The notes beneath the pieces are model-generated. The model had not been told where the DNA came from. It did not search any database and saw only the letters and a program-made list of their open reading frames with translations. DNA of 64,000 nucleotides, from NCBI RefSeq assembly GCF_964355755.1, contig NC_092673.1, forward strand, positions 32,857,648 to 32,921,647, written 5' to 3'. Position 1 is the first letter of the stretch; each line of letters starts with the position of its first letter. Both the position numbers and the translations under genes were made by a program. The stretch is from Antedon mediterranea. Its lineage: Eukaryota; Animalia; Echinodermata. Shown piece by piece: positions 37,201 to 49,500 of this stretch.

Positions 37201-38945
37201 TCTGCTAAAATAGGGTTATCGGTGTCGCGTAATTTTAAATCTGATGACATTTCGTAATTTTGTCCAATTTCTCGATTGAAATGTTCTAATCCAAAAGAAG
37301 TTTCCGAAAGTTTCTGTTCAAGTTTATCAAGTTCATCTTTCATTAATGTTGATGAGGTTTTTGATGTGCTTTTTCTTTCGTCGCATAACCTACTCCATTT
37401 TTTGATGTACTCAGCACGTATTGGCTGAAGTATTTCGATGCTATACCTATCAGTCATTATCTTAAAAAACCCAAAGAAATATTTTCTCTTTATTAGCGAG
37501 GTTGTGAAGGAGCTTCTGAACATCGTATATGCGCAACTCTCAGGTCTGTGTTGGTGACTGTCTAATTGTTTACGACGTAGGTCCAGTATTTCTTTCTTTC
37601 GTCTATCAACGTATTCTTCCACTTGCGCATTTCCTCTTCTTAATAATCGATACTGTTCTTTCTTTGTCTCTGCAATTTGTAATGTTTTCATCTGCAAAGG
37701 CAGCTCGTTTATTTTCCCTTGTAATTTAACGTGCTCAAGCAATTTCTTAGCATTCTGTTTTGCCTCTGAACAATCTTGTTCGCTTTCATCAACGTGGTAA
37801 TTCATTTTCTGTGCCACTTCAATGTACATTTCGATACTCCTATCGCATACAACATTCCGATTGCTTCCTTCAAAATTAATTCTAAGCAAATCCCAAATGT
37901 ATCTGCTTATTTGCATCTCGTTCTTGTTTGATGACATAAGATATTTAACTTGTTTCTTATTTTTTACATTTGTTTTCATCGTAAGAAGCGCATCTTTTAA
38001 ATCATTTCCAGGAGGTTCATCTAAGATGAAAATTACGTGACCATTTTGTTTGTGTAATGATTCAAGTAACCTAGTATCAAGATCATGAATATCAGCAGAT
38101 GCCACGAATGCAATAGTGACCAGTGATATCTGAGACAAAAATTGTGTCTGAAGATGCAAATGGGATGCATTTCCTCGCAAATTCATGAACGTTAATGCAT
38201 CTGAAAACGTGTTTGTATCTTTCTGTGTTGGAAGGTACCACGCCATTTCTAATAAGCCATCTGATAATTTTCTTTCTAAGTTTCCACCTTTGCACCCAGA
38301 ATTAAAGAAAATATCATGATTCTGTCCAATGATGACACAATTAACAATTTTAGATTTGGATATTTTTGGTCTTCCTATTCGCAAAGCAGACACAATCGGT
38401 AACTTTTCAACCGCCATTGATTTTTCACAAGACGAGCCTGAACTAATTTTCCATTTCTTTGTGATTGTGCTCATTCCCCACACAATCAGTTCCCACTGTT
38501 TCCCCTTAACATCCGTAACTGGCATCAGCAGTGGCATAGCTAACTGACATATTGACAATTTTTCAATCAAAACCTGTCTTAAAAAGTTGTCACAACACAA
38601 GAAAATAGCTACTAGTGCGTCTATTGGACTAACTTTACAATGATTTGATTTTTTCCCACTTTTTTGTATAGCAGAAGAAAGTGAAAACAGATTTCCTTCA
38701 AAAGACTCACTTTCTTCTAAATCAAAACATCGTCCTTCGTAATTACACATAATAAGATTTTTCAACATGTACCAAGGTATTTTGCTTGGGTCTTCATTGA
38801 GTTTATCTGATGAAATATCATTTTTAGAAACTAAAAATAATTCTTCACGAGTTAATTTTCTAGGATAATATTCCAGTAGTCCTAGACGTTCCACTACTTG
38901 GTGTATGTCAAATTTATCTTCGTGTATGTCAAATGTATCTTCCAT
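34218..38945 (-). CDS. GVIN1: Interferon-induced very large GTPase 1-like (GVIN1/VLIG, URGCP-related), intact copy B, 1575 aa in one exon
   Basis: Uninterrupted ORF with G1 GIQSSGKS, GRCTKG, DTEG, HQN, LWQGDPPMA, FVFSFKNSLE and C-terminal CPFCKALC...HRPQG / YWKWF-like motifs. The start was placed at the ATG homologous to copy A's ATG. Confidence 0.95.
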   Translation of the reverse strand: MEDTFDIHEDKFDIHQVVERLGLLEYYPRKLTREELFLVSKNDISSDKLNEDPSKIPWYMLKNLIMCNYEGRCFDLEESESFEGNLFSLSSAIQKSGKKSNHCKVSPIDALVAIFLCCDNFLRQVLIEKLSICQLAMPLLMPVTDVKGKQWELIVWGMSTITKKWKISSGSSCEKSMAVEKLPIVSALRIGRPKISKSKIVNCVIIGQNHDIFFNSGCKGGNLERKLSDGLLEMAWYLPTQKDTNTFSDALTFMNLRGNASHLHLQTQFLSQISLVTIAFVASADIHDLDTRLLESLHKQNGHVIFILDEPPGNDLKDALLTMKTNVKNKKQVKYLMSSNKNEMQISRYIWDLLRINFEGSNRNVVCDRSIEMYIEVAQKMNYHVDESEQDCSEAKQNAKKLLEHVKLQGKINELPLQMKTLQIAETKKEQYRLLRRGNAQVEEYVDRRKKEILDLRRKQLDSHQHRPESCAYTMFRSSFTTSLIKRKYFFGFFKIMTDRYSIEILQPIRAEYIKKWSRLCDERKSTSKTSSTLMKDELDKLEQKLSETSFGLEHFNREIGQNYEMSSDLKLRDTDNPILAEVAAEMLLHGYPIELLDGDAAHVPLTWIEAVFSSLKEQIGNKKLFVLSVIGIQSSGKSTLLNVMFGLQFSVSAGRCTKGISAQLVSLDTSLPEETQCDYILVVDTEGLRSSEFASDQQTNNRDNELATLVIGMCDLTIINIMGENPTNMNDTLQIYFMKMEHIRQIKPSCLFVHQNITDVTASDLNTTQKRRMREMLDKITKIAAEEENCSERYKCFSDVIKFQENKHIMYISSLWQGDPPMANPIPGYSKCVLEVKKQVLEIMRNSVPKTIDEFTILLRDLWKAILCQDFVFSFKNSLEIQDFNAMNKEYVKHARTFRRNALEYSYSLQNECKKLTAEEIRKDGKHILKKYLKKLEESDIANFQSSMASYFEKEKRACQWKFKIESQLDDLCKEIQKDLKDEFTSIRNKTIRRVEIEDNIKKHEREIYQKAKKLADMFRKKQLTDADLKSEFAKNWNTWVSDIPISGEQVHIKESFEEITEEFYIKDEKLIVNRVLQSDISKNVLETDLYFDNENMPCQSTTSGPTNIGRYVIQANCQKQQVLETLETKIAKHAQNGRNYTKQLGFELFESLSCKLGEIKMDENVGITKKANIQLSLCNFKVALLPSLEKMQEQYDIENDPKKYMESQKERLWEMFKEECKDLHIVVKVVSAISREFAGAIKTAISEKCQLGVIDNLRYSSGKGLSSKMSLHAWMLIEMAEKGDFQSFVQYLSNPIQSIKTFTSKQIEKICFQENDTFGSSVLKEIYNSKVREILARLKQAIINVNVSGMIYRDSTTMKSWWSILLEYINEELCVKTDMMFFDDEAELDLKELSDKLMLELDSVEETIINAYVSRLFSEISTSCCDFFTADLLACQNVCPFCKALCELHGKHDHHRTECHRPQGIAGYFNHFSRKLVTDLCTTSVMCNHRFKNSHTNFKYINYREYKTVNDYYASWKIEPLPGEAEAFWKWFMATYNTELAEYYNAKEADIPAGWNDITMEDAKRDMRKWYDI

Positions 38946-38955
38946 CTTAAATGAA

Positions 38956-38969
38956 CTGTAAGTAAAACA
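38956..38969 (-). promoter_or_regulatory. Splice acceptor of the GVIN copy B coding exon
   Basis: Minus strand ttgttttacttacAG lies 10 nt before the ATG. Similarity between the paralogues ends just upstream of it. Confidence 0.7.
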
Positions 38970-39164
38970 AAAGTGTGTAAGTTCGCGTGCTAAACCGGCG
39001 ATCTGGGTGCCAACCACAATAATCTTACCCTCACCAGATTGTAAACTGCAGCAGATAGGGCAATTACAAAGTTCTTTTTGGATTGTCCCATGTTGAAACA
39101 AGTGGTGGCGGAAAGAAGTGTGTTTAGTTTATTTTGTTACGTGAACTAATTAATTTAAACGAAA

Positions 39165-39277
39165 ACAAGGCCATATAGATGGCTGCAGTCGCGTGCTCAA
39201 GTTAGTGTTTACCGACCGACCAATCGACCGACATAGTAGTATAGTGAGCTGTATAGTCGCGTTGCACGCGATTAAAA
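39165..39277 (-). mobile_element. Short HINE/DINE-1-like Helentron derivative
   Basis: aacaaggcc...agtcgcgtg...(ccga)n catagtgagc...agtcgcgttgcacgcgatt; same family as the copies at 44435, 57872, 61380 and 61617. Confidence 0.7.
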
Positions 39278-39409
39278 TAACTAACACTACCGTAGTTTTA
39301 CAAAATGTTCACTATAAACAACAGTACTGCTGGTGTTTTGTCAGTTGGTTGCTATTATCGCTCTCTAAGTACTTACTTTGCTCAATGATAACGAACTCTA
39401 TTTTAAAGC

Positions 39410-40090
39410 TTCCCACCCTCAAAATTCTAGAGCATATTGTATATAATAGGATATATAACTGTGTACAGAAACCTAAAATTAGTCACCCTTCACAATTCGG
39501 TTTTCAAAAACAAAGATCCGCATATATAGCTGTTCTCAATCTTATTGATAAGGTATTCGATGCCATTGATAAAGGAGAGTATGGTTTTGGTAAATTTGTG
39601 GATCTTATCAAAGCATTCGATACGATAGATCACATCAAGGTACTCAAGAAACTTGATTATTACGGTATAATAGGTACAGCCTTAAATTTGTTCAAGAGCT
39701 ATGTCTTCGGAAGATCACCAATATACTTTGATATAGATACTAAATCTACAGTTCGTAATGTTGAATATGGTGGACCACTCTTATTCATACTTTACATTAA
39801 TAATATCTTTACTTGCTCTAAACTGTTAGCCCTTATTCTATTGCTGATGATACCAATATTTTTTGTTATCTCACAATTAAAATACTCTGGTCGCTGTTGT
39901 GAATACCGAAATTGATAAAATTAAGTAATGTAACAAACTGCCATTAAATGTAAATAAAACCAATTTTATAATATTTCGAGGTATAAAAAAAAGTTGACAT
40001 AGATCAAGTTAAGGTATTATTTGATGATAAAGAAATCAACAGAGCAAATAAAACAACATTTCTTGGGGCTTATTTAGCCGATCATGTTAA
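39410..40090 (+). mobile_element. Degenerate CR1-type LINE RT fragment
   Basis: KILEHIVYNR...QFGFQK...FVDLIKAFDTIDH...YYGIIG...GPLLFILYIN. Confidence 0.85.
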
Positions 40091-43000
40091 TTTTAAATAT
40101 ATTCTGCTTCTGTTTTGAACCTCACCTGGTATCTGGTTGTTCAGGATATTACTCCCTAACAATGCGCGTCCCCTGTTAATTCTGTCATGGTCTATTCGTC
40201 TATTTATTTATGGAAGTATTTATTCCTCAAAGAGAAGCCTCTTGGGGCTTCCTGCAGGTCCCTTTCATCTTTATTAATATGTTTTACTTCTTGTTGTTTT
40301 TTGTTGTTTTTTTTTTAATTGAGATACATACATAAAATGAGTTTATTGTACGAGTGGTTGTGTTGTGTTGCTCTTGGATAGTGAGTAATGTTTGTGAGAT
40401 GTCTGACATAGGGATTTGTTAGACGACCATGTCATGATGATGCTTAGTTTCGGTGACGATATCTGTGTAATTAGTTTTTAATTGAAAGTATAGTATTCGT
40501 ACTGAATTAGAAACGTTTGAAAATGTCGTGGCGTGTTCTATCGGTTGTACGTTTTTGTTGATGCTCCTTTTTCGTTTAAGTGCTCTGCAACAGCGATTTG
40601 TAATGATTAACCGGCAAACAATGACGTAATTCGTAGCTTGTCCTTAATTGGATGACATTTGTTGTAAGTGGCGTCACACTCGAAAACAAAATACAGACAA
40701 AGAAATACAATTTCGGCTTAAATGACCAGTGATAGGACATTTCTCCTCCCTCCAATTTGTAGCTCCGGGTGACGTGTCAGACAGGAGATACAGAAAGTTT
40801 TCATGAATTCCGATGATTTTCTTTACATGTTATTTTGTTCCGATCTCGCCTTTGTTTGCTGCGCATGCGTCGCTTTGAGCGATCATTCGGGAACGTTAAC
40901 GCGGATTGTCGAGTGATACAGATTCAGATTCAGATAATATTTATTTAGATAATAATGAATGAATATATACAAAATAGAAAAAAGATATTAAAGTGAACAT
41001 AGATAAAGCAGTAATTGGTAGTCATTATTATCATGGATCCCTTCTAGAAGTTAAAAAAACTTGTCTCGTAGGGACCCACAACAAAACACATTACTAAAAA
41101 AAATAAAAATAAATCTAGAATATATAATTATATAATTTAGGATAAAAAATTACAGTATAATAACATAACTAACATCTTCTTTATCAAAATTATTTAAATT
41201 ATATTTCAATCGTTTCATGATATAAATGAAATAAATACCGATATTGGTAAATGACAAAAATATGTATACATATAATTTATGTATATATATAGTATATACT
41301 AGGCCTATATATACATTATATATAGTATAGATTAAAGATTGCAATAATAAACAACAACTAATATTTTGTGTAAACATAAATAGTATATGAGTATAAATAA
41401 TGATAATAAGCATATTAATTAAGCAGTATAATATTTAGATATATAATGATTCTTTTTTCGGAAAGTAAATAATGATATTGACGTTTTGATATTTGACGGG
41501 ATATGATTCCACAAATTAGGACCTGATATATTTATAAATATTTTTAGTTTTATTAAGTCTAGCAAAAGGAATATATACACCTAAAAAAAGTGTTTCAGTT
41601 TTACGCTCAATTTGAATTCCGTCAAGAAGTATATTTAGGTTATCAACTTTTAGTTTACGTTGAGAATTGTGAAAAATTAAATAATTTGTTTTAAGAGTAT
41701 TAATAAGTAATTTGTTTGAAATAAACCAGTCACAAAATTGTGTTAATTCATCATTGAATGTAGTAGATAATAAATCAATATTTGAATTAGAGTAAAATAA
41801 GGTGGTTTTGTCGGCGAAGGATATTACTTGCATTTTGTTACTGACATTAGCCAGATCATTAACATAAATAAGGAAGAGCAATGGCCCAAGCACATATCCC
41901 TGTGGCACTCCGCAAGTAATATCCATCGTCGACGATGTACAAGATCCTAATGCAACATATTGTTTTCTATCTTTCAAATAACTATTAAACCAATTCAATG
42001 AAATACCACTAATTCCATAGCACTCAAGTTTTTTAATTAAATTATCGTGATTAATAACATCTAAGGCCTTTGAAAGATCAATAAATAAACTTAATAAATT
42101 TTCTTTTGATTCTAATGAATTTGTAATATTATTAATAAGATCTAAAACGGCATGGGATGTAGAGTGATTTTTTCGAAAACCATATTGGCTTTTTTTAAGT
42201 ATATCAACTTTTGTGAGATAATCAGAAAGTTTAGAATACAAGAGTTTTTCAATAATTTTGGAAAAGACTGAAAGTAGTGATATTGGCCGGTAATTAGATA
42301 ATTGACTTCGTTCACCTTTCTTGAAAATGGGCACAACTTTAGCTAGTTTTAAGTGTGTTGGAAAAGTGCCAGATAAAAAAGATGAATTTACAATGGGTAA
42401 GTTGGTGGATGATTAAGGGAGATACAGATTTTAAGACACGAGCATTAATACCGTCAGATCCAGACCCTTTATTAGAATTTAGATTGTATATAGTTAGGTT
42501 AACATCATCAATTGAAACTGGGCTAATATAAAATGAGTTGGCAAACGCAGAATGAAGATAAGATAATGGATAAGTTAAATTAGTTGGCATACTATTAATA
42601 AGATTAGGACCAATTGTAGAAAAATAGTTGTTAAACGATTCACATATCTCTTTTTGAGTTTTGTAAATATTATCACCGTCTTTAATTAGATTCGGGTGAT
42701 TGTTATTATTATTACCTTTATTTAAAACAGAATTTATTACAAGCCATGTGTTCTTCAGATTACCTTTATATCTATCAAACTGGGAAGTATAATAATTCTT
42801 TTTAGCAGTGCGACAAAGATTAGTGAAAATATTATTATATTGTGTATAGTTTAGTTTGTCATTATTACTACGTGTGTGCATATTTGTTATAGAGTTTATG
42901 TTTCCGTGAACTACATTTTAAGAGAGCAGATGACATCCATGGTTGTTTAAACCTTTTTTTTTTATTTTATACTACTTTTAACAAAGTGTCTGGAGTGGAT

Positions 43001-43413
43001 ATTTGTAAATTTTTCAATAAATATATCAAAACTCAATCTTGGGTCACAATCAAAGATCATAGACCAGTCTTCACCTTCTAAATCAATCGATAAGGCATTT
43101 AGGTCGTTTATACGATATGAATAGTTGGCGCTATTATCATCAAGGTTTTGATCATTATTTTCTTGATCAATGAACTGAAATATAGGAAGGTGGTCGGAGA
43201 TATCATTAAGTAAAACACCAGCAACTATTTTATAGTTAGATTGTTTGGAATAAAAATGATCAATCAAGGTGGCCGAAGTTTAATTAATCCTAGTTGGTTT
43301 TGAAATAGTTGGAAAAAAGAATGGGAAATTAAAGTATTTAGGTAGGTGTTTGTTAATTTATGGTTATGGAATTTTAATAAATCAATATTGAAGTCTCCCA
43401 TGAGATGACACTT

Positions 43414-46400
43414 CGTCGTCGGCATCACGAAGTGACACTAACCTAAAAATCTGGAATTTTTGAAAAATTTTTTTCTTCCATATTTTGATTATGTATATCA
43501 AACTCTATGTTTTCACAAAATTTAAACATTCAAATATCATTAATTAACTAATTACATTAATTAGACAATATCAAAAAACACCATCATATGGAATTTGCGT
43601 TTTTACGAAGTGAAACTATTTATTAAATACCCGTATGTGCTGCTTGCGAGCGCCACACTGGTAATGAATTTTGCGCGTTTGTTTACTGTTTTGGCCTAGC
43701 CTACAGCCTAGCTAGGAGGATCTGGACGCACACTCCACAACATTGCATTTCATCAAGAAAGACGGTAAGTTAATTAGTTTATTTAAAGAATTTTAGTCTG
43801 CTCATGTATTCCTCATGTCGATGCCTATTATATATTTATTTTATAATTAATATAAAACAGTAATTTGACACACTTTAGCCTACTACTAGCTAGGCATAGT
43901 AGGTAGGCCTAGACCTATTACATTACTGTGACGTTTAGGCATAGCTAGCTTGCCCAGATCTACCTAGGTTAGCATCTGGCCTGGCGTACATTAACATTGG
44001 TTAGTAGGCCTAGTTAGTTAGGTCCTCTAAGCCTAGCCTAGGCCCAACAAACTAGAGTATGCGTATGCCCAGGGAATAGTAGTAGTAGTAGTACTACTAC
44101 TTGGCTAGAGTAGACTCTTTAGCTAGGCTAAACTACTCTGCTTGATTTTTAACAATAAGAAAGCACTGTTATTTTTAAAATGTGTTTTTTTTTTTCAGAA
44201 CAGTTTCAAGTAAATAAGGGGGAACAACCGAAATTCGATCAACAAGCAATCTATCTACATCAATTTAAGGGAGAAGGTATCAAGTTCAAGGTTTAAAAAT
44301 GGGGGAGGTGTATGTAGGCAGCCTGTAGCAAGTGTTTATGTTATATGAGCATGTTATATGAGCATTTTAGATGATGTGTACATCACAGAACAATGGATTG
44401 AATAAATTAAAAAGCATACTGGTAATAGAAAAAAAACAAGGCCAACAGCCATTAAGTCGCGTGCTACAATGCATAATGATACCGGACCGACAGACAGACC
44501 GACAGACAGACCGACCGACATAGTGAACTATAGTCGCGTCCACGCGACTAAAAAGGCATAATTTTGACGAATTTTTTAACTTTTTCATCAAAAACGTGCG
44601 CAAATTATCCAATTCGACGTGCTCGTATGACGTAATTTAAGTCGAAATTGTTTAAAAGATGGTAAAATTATTAGAAAAGGCTGCAAAAACATAAATCACG
44701 CGAAAAAAGTATGTATTTAACGATACGTGCGCACCACGCGCGTAAAAATTTGCGCGCGTATGGGAATTTTTGATATGCTCAAAATGACAAGAAACGCGTA
44801 GAAAGTTGATTAAAAATGAATTTTGCGCATTTTAAAATTTTAAATGCGCGTGCGCGCGTAACTTTGTGGCTTTGTGACTCATGGCAATTTTGTAAACGCT
44901 TAAAATTGCCTGAAACGTACTTTTATTTCATCGAAAATAAATTTTGAAAATTTTAAGCGCGCGTACGCATGCGTTACATGCGCTACGCACGTAATTGTAT
45001 TGCCATATGATGATTTATGCCCTGAAATTTATGAGTACCAAATTTTATTTAATTGTGATTCATGGTTGTGAAGATATGATTACAAACGTGATTTCGTTAA
45101 ATCGTACGTAGACCGCGTAATTTTTTCCTGGCCATAAGGAATATACTGTGAAAAATTGACTTAGCTGATATCAAGATAAGGTCAGAAAGCGATAAAACGC
45201 ATAGTGATACCGGACCGACCGACAGACCGACATAGTGAACTATAGAGTCGCTTCCACGCGACTAATAATGTAACGACATTGATTAAGTATTTAATGATTT
45301 ATAACAATAGAGAATAATTTTTGATATAAATTAATACTGGCTGAAATACCAATTGTATTACTGAATTATTAATCGTTCAATGTTGAAAAAATAAATAATA
45401 ATATTTAATAATATGGAAAAAAAATATGAATATGTACATTATGCTTACTGTACATTCCAGATAGGCCTATTTATATGTCTATGTAATTTGATGTTTTTAT
45501 TAAAAGTGTTAAAGTAGGTCAAACTATGTTTTTAGATTTATTTGATGTGGTTGTTTCATTTATAAATAACCTAACCCTTTCTGCACTATCAAACTAGTTT
45601 GACAAAAAAAGTTTGATGTGCCCAAATATGGAGTGATATTATGCCATTGTGTCCATATAAGCACATCAAATTAATGTTGGTCACATTAAGTTTGATTTTG
45701 TTTATTTCAACAATATTTTACTAGGGTGGTCCTTCCAGTCGAAGGTGATCATTAGATAGAGAGAACCTCACAAAAATGCAATTTGATAAGACAATAACAT
45801 ACAACAATTAAAAATTAAATAAAAAAAAATAGAATTTATGAAAACTAACAAACTAAAATAATGGAAAAATGAATAGAATCAAAAGGGAAATCAATGAAAA
45901 CAATACATTAAATGGCCATCTCAGAGGAAATGGCCATGTAATAAATAAGGAAGAGATGGTTCTTGAGCAAAAATTTGATGGAAATGGAAGATGAAGCAAG
46001 TTGGATAGTGCAGGCAGGGCTTAAAGGAGACATGCATGTTTGTAATGTATATATAATAGTGTTCACTTATCAAGGACCATACATAATTGTTATGATGTAA
46101 GATCATTGCATTGGGAAGCTATGAATTACACAGTAGTGTCACTTCCAACGCACTAGAAATACGCGGTGAAATCGAATTTGCGGTTTCACGAAGTGACACT
46201 AACTGCGTTAGTGTCACTTCGTAAGCGTAAACTAAGTAGGGAAATGAATTTTTCGGTTTCACGAAGTGACACTAAAGTTTAACTTTAATTTACTTGGTAA
46301 TTAATTAATATGATTAAAATTAAATTAAAGTAATGGGTAGCTGGATTGTCTAACCTTGTATGTATGTAAATTAAAAATCTTAGTGACATTTTTTTGAGGA

Positions 46401-46503
46401 CGAAATCGTGTGTTTTGTGAAGCTCGTTTCTTCAATCGCGTTTTTCTCGAAACGCTGTTTTTATCAATTACGCGGTTAGTGTCACTTCGTGGTGTCGACA
46501 ACG
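43414..46503. mobile_element. Non-autonomous TIR DNA transposon (Sola1-like) inserted in the LINE APE domain
   Basis: ~30-bp TIRs cgtcgtcggcatcacgaagtgacactaacc / ggttagtgtcacttcgtggtgtcgacaacg, flanks ACTT/AATT (4-bp TSD with one mismatch), and subterminal copies of acgaagtgacactaa. Excision restores ENKNCHLMGDFNID in frame. Confidence 0.85.
44435..45265 (-). mobile_element. HINE/DINE-1-like Helentron derivative, long form ending in a short unit
   Basis: Largely the reverse complement of 57872-58690. Has the subterminal agtcgcgtg motif, (GACA/GACC)n microsatellite and terminal ggcc hairpin. Confidence 0.8.
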
Positions 46504-49500
46504 AATTTTTGTTTTCATTGTTAATTTGGGTTAATACATTATCAATGGATTTAATAAAAGAATCTAGCCCTCCACAGGGGGCTCTGTAAATAATGCCTAT
46601 AATATCATTTTTTGTCTTTGAATTTTCAATCTCAACAAAAAGTGATTCGGAAAGGTCGTCTGGTAATTTTAAGTCATTTCGAATTGTAATGCTAATATCA
46701 TTACGTATAAAAAATGCAACTCCTCCGCCAATTTGATTAGTGCTTCTATTGCTTGCAAAGAAGGAGTAGTTATTAATGAAAGGAATAGGGGAGTTTTCAT
46801 TAAGCCATGTTTCACTGATACCGATTATGGAAAATTTGTTAATAATTGAATTCAAAAGGCATTCGAGATCATTAACTTTATGCGTAATACTTCTAATATT
46901 AAGATGCAGGAGAGATAGTTTAGTATTAAAGGATGTATTAAACTTAGAATTCAATTGTGAATAATCATAAAAGCTGCATTCAACTAGGGTAACTGACTGT
47001 GAATTGAGATTATTAATTAGTTGATCAAAAGATTCATCATATTTGTCATTTTCATTGTAATTAACTGGATTAAAGGTTATGTTAGAAATATCATTGTTGT
47101 TAGTAAGTTCAGAGTTCACATTAAAGTCATAAAAAAGAAGTAAGTGAAGATAATTAACATTCATTAACAATAGCTGAGTAAAACGTTATCTAAAAAAGAA
47201 ATACAGCAATAAGCATGCATGAGACTGTATACATTAATACATAATTAATGAGAAGCAAAATAAACAATTCTTGAAATAAAAATTAATTATAGGTAATATT
47301 TCGGTTGACGGTAAGTAGAGTCAATGTAAAGTTAATTATTGCGACGACTAGAATTACTCAGTAGCTTCGGGGGCATGTGCTTCTTTGAGGTTCGGGTAGT
47401 ATTTGGCAAGATGATCCATGTCGATGAATGTGCGAACATAACCATTTGCATCTATGTAACGCAACTTGTCAAGGTGGAGCCAGGCCTTTACTTTGTTGGA
47501 ATGCAGGTATTTCATCAATGAGTACAAGGTCTTTCTTCTACTTATCACTCTGCTGGTAAAATCATCATTTACGTAGATGTTATTATCCTTAAATTTAGGT
47601 CTCACTTTTGGAGCTGCCTTGCGTACTCTTTCTTTAGTGGAATATCTGAGAAAGTATGCAACAAGTGGTCTCGGTTTATCCCTGGTGGTATTACGTGGTC
47701 CAACTCGATGGGCTCGTTGTATATCATCATTAGCGATTTTGATGCCGGTGGTATTGGAAATAAATGAGGAAAGGAAATTAACAGTACCTTCGCTATCCTC
47801 CGCTTGTTCGGGTATGCCAGTAAACCTCAGATTGTTACGGCGTTGACGTCCTTCTAGGTTGTCGATTTTGTCGCGTATCTCTTCTATTCATTCCGTAGTG
47901 GATTGCTGCGTATCCTCAGCAATATCCTTCAGCTTAACAATAACATCCATGAAATCAGAATTTTCCTGCATATCGGCGTGCAAATTCTTCAGTTCTTTTA
48001 GTAAACCGATGATTTCAAGATTGAGGATGGTAATGTCTTTTTCCAAGGAGACAATCTTGGTGACTGCGTCGCATAATGTTGATTTAATATCAGCAATGGT
48101 TTTGCAGCCCATGATTGACTTGATGAGTGTCGACAGCCAGGTGTTCGGTTCAACGGCGCTAATATTTAAATTAGAAATATTTGGCTCATTGTTTTCCACG
48201 TTGGCCATTGTAGATGTTTAGTTAGAATAAATAACAAAAGTGTACTTATATTTAATGCAACCGATATGTTCACTATCCAGGTAGGTATACAGGTCTCATG
48301 CAGTTAGTAGCTTATCCTTGCAACATGCTATCACAGGTAAGCGAGTACTGTATCTGAAAACGTATACGTGTGAGAGCTCCGCTCAAACACGTCTGCACTC
48401 GACGAAGGACAATTTTTCACAATACAGGCTTACATGTGAGTGTTATTTCCGTTTTGTAGTCTTTTACGTTGTAAGCGGCTACCTATCCACAAATAATTTT
48501 TTCACTTTTTGAAATATCATGCACGAACAGACACAAACACATAAATACATTAGAGGAGATCGATACAATTCAATATTGGTAAGATAAACTGAAGAAAAGA
48601 GTAAAAAATTAAGTAGTGCTAATAGCTAAATTAAACCAAGTAGAGGGTGAGCTCGCTTCGCTAGCTCCCACTCTAGAAAGTGTAGACGATGGTTCTCGGA
48701 ATTATTGAAAATGCTTGACATTCGTAAAACTAAACTACTTTGTTTCACAGTGTTTTAGATGATTAATAACATTTTAAAGTATAGTTTTTATTGTTTGGTA
48801 GGGCCCTTTGGGGAGGCGGAGTTCCTTTGAGGGAGGTGCTTATTCAAGGGATATATGTTAAATTTTTTAGTTTTAATAATATGGTAACATTTATAATCAA
48901 ATGAAATCCTTTAATAGATATGAAAAGCGGTAAAAAAGAATAACAAATGCTTGGTAAATTGTAGATAACAGTGCGATTAATTCTACTACAAATAGTATAA
49001 TGATTACTATTCAAAGTGATGTTTTATTGGAGAGGCGTTTATTCAAATAAATACCATCCTAATAATTATTAATATATTATTTAATTTAAACATCTTTTGA
49101 AACTAACTGCCATGACAGAGTGGGCCCAAGAAAGAAGACATTACGGCTTGCAACATGGGCAGACATCTCGGTCCTAACGGGACACAGATAGCCTATAGTT
49201 ATTCCTGACAGCTTACTCAATCAACTATCGGGATTTCACTCGATTTCAAAATGTCTTATCATCAAATCTCCCTATGTAATTTTATGATACTTTTTCCCAC
49301 AATATATTCCAATTCTTTATGGCGTATATTTAATTTGCAGTATAATTTTAATTTTTTATTGTACCTTCACACACGCGCGGTCCGTTCCTAAAATAAACAG
49401 AAATATGGAACAATAGCGTCGATGTGAAAACTAATGTTATCGTTTCGCGGTACATCTGAGATAGATAAGGTAGGTATCCGTAGCGGCGATTTGTACCGAA

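Larger units (their letters stand above)
40919..48400 (-). mobile_element. Near full-length CR1-type LINE (ORF1 plus APE-RT ORF2), degenerate and interrupted by a DNA transposon
   Basis: ORF1 48208-47354 (RRNNLRFTGIPE, RAHRVG, IYVNDDFT). APE: HLNIRS, ISETWL, GGGVAFFI, MGDFNID, ISDHLPIF. RT: NYRPISLL, GVPQG, FADKT. Tail (TCTGAA)n at ~40920. The 5' boundary is approximate. Confidence 0.92.

Noticed and set aside
38946-39101. 52-aa N-terminal extension of the 1627-aa ORF call
   Set aside because: It starts at TTG, crosses a conserved splice acceptor and has no counterpart in copy A, so it is probably intron.
40126-40900. Candidate GVIN-B 5' UTR exon (donor CAG/GTGAGG at 40125) and promoter motifs (GCGCATGCG, TGACGT)
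   Set aside because: The acceptor lacks a pyrimidine tract, the motifs are short, and I saw no homologous block upstream of copy A.
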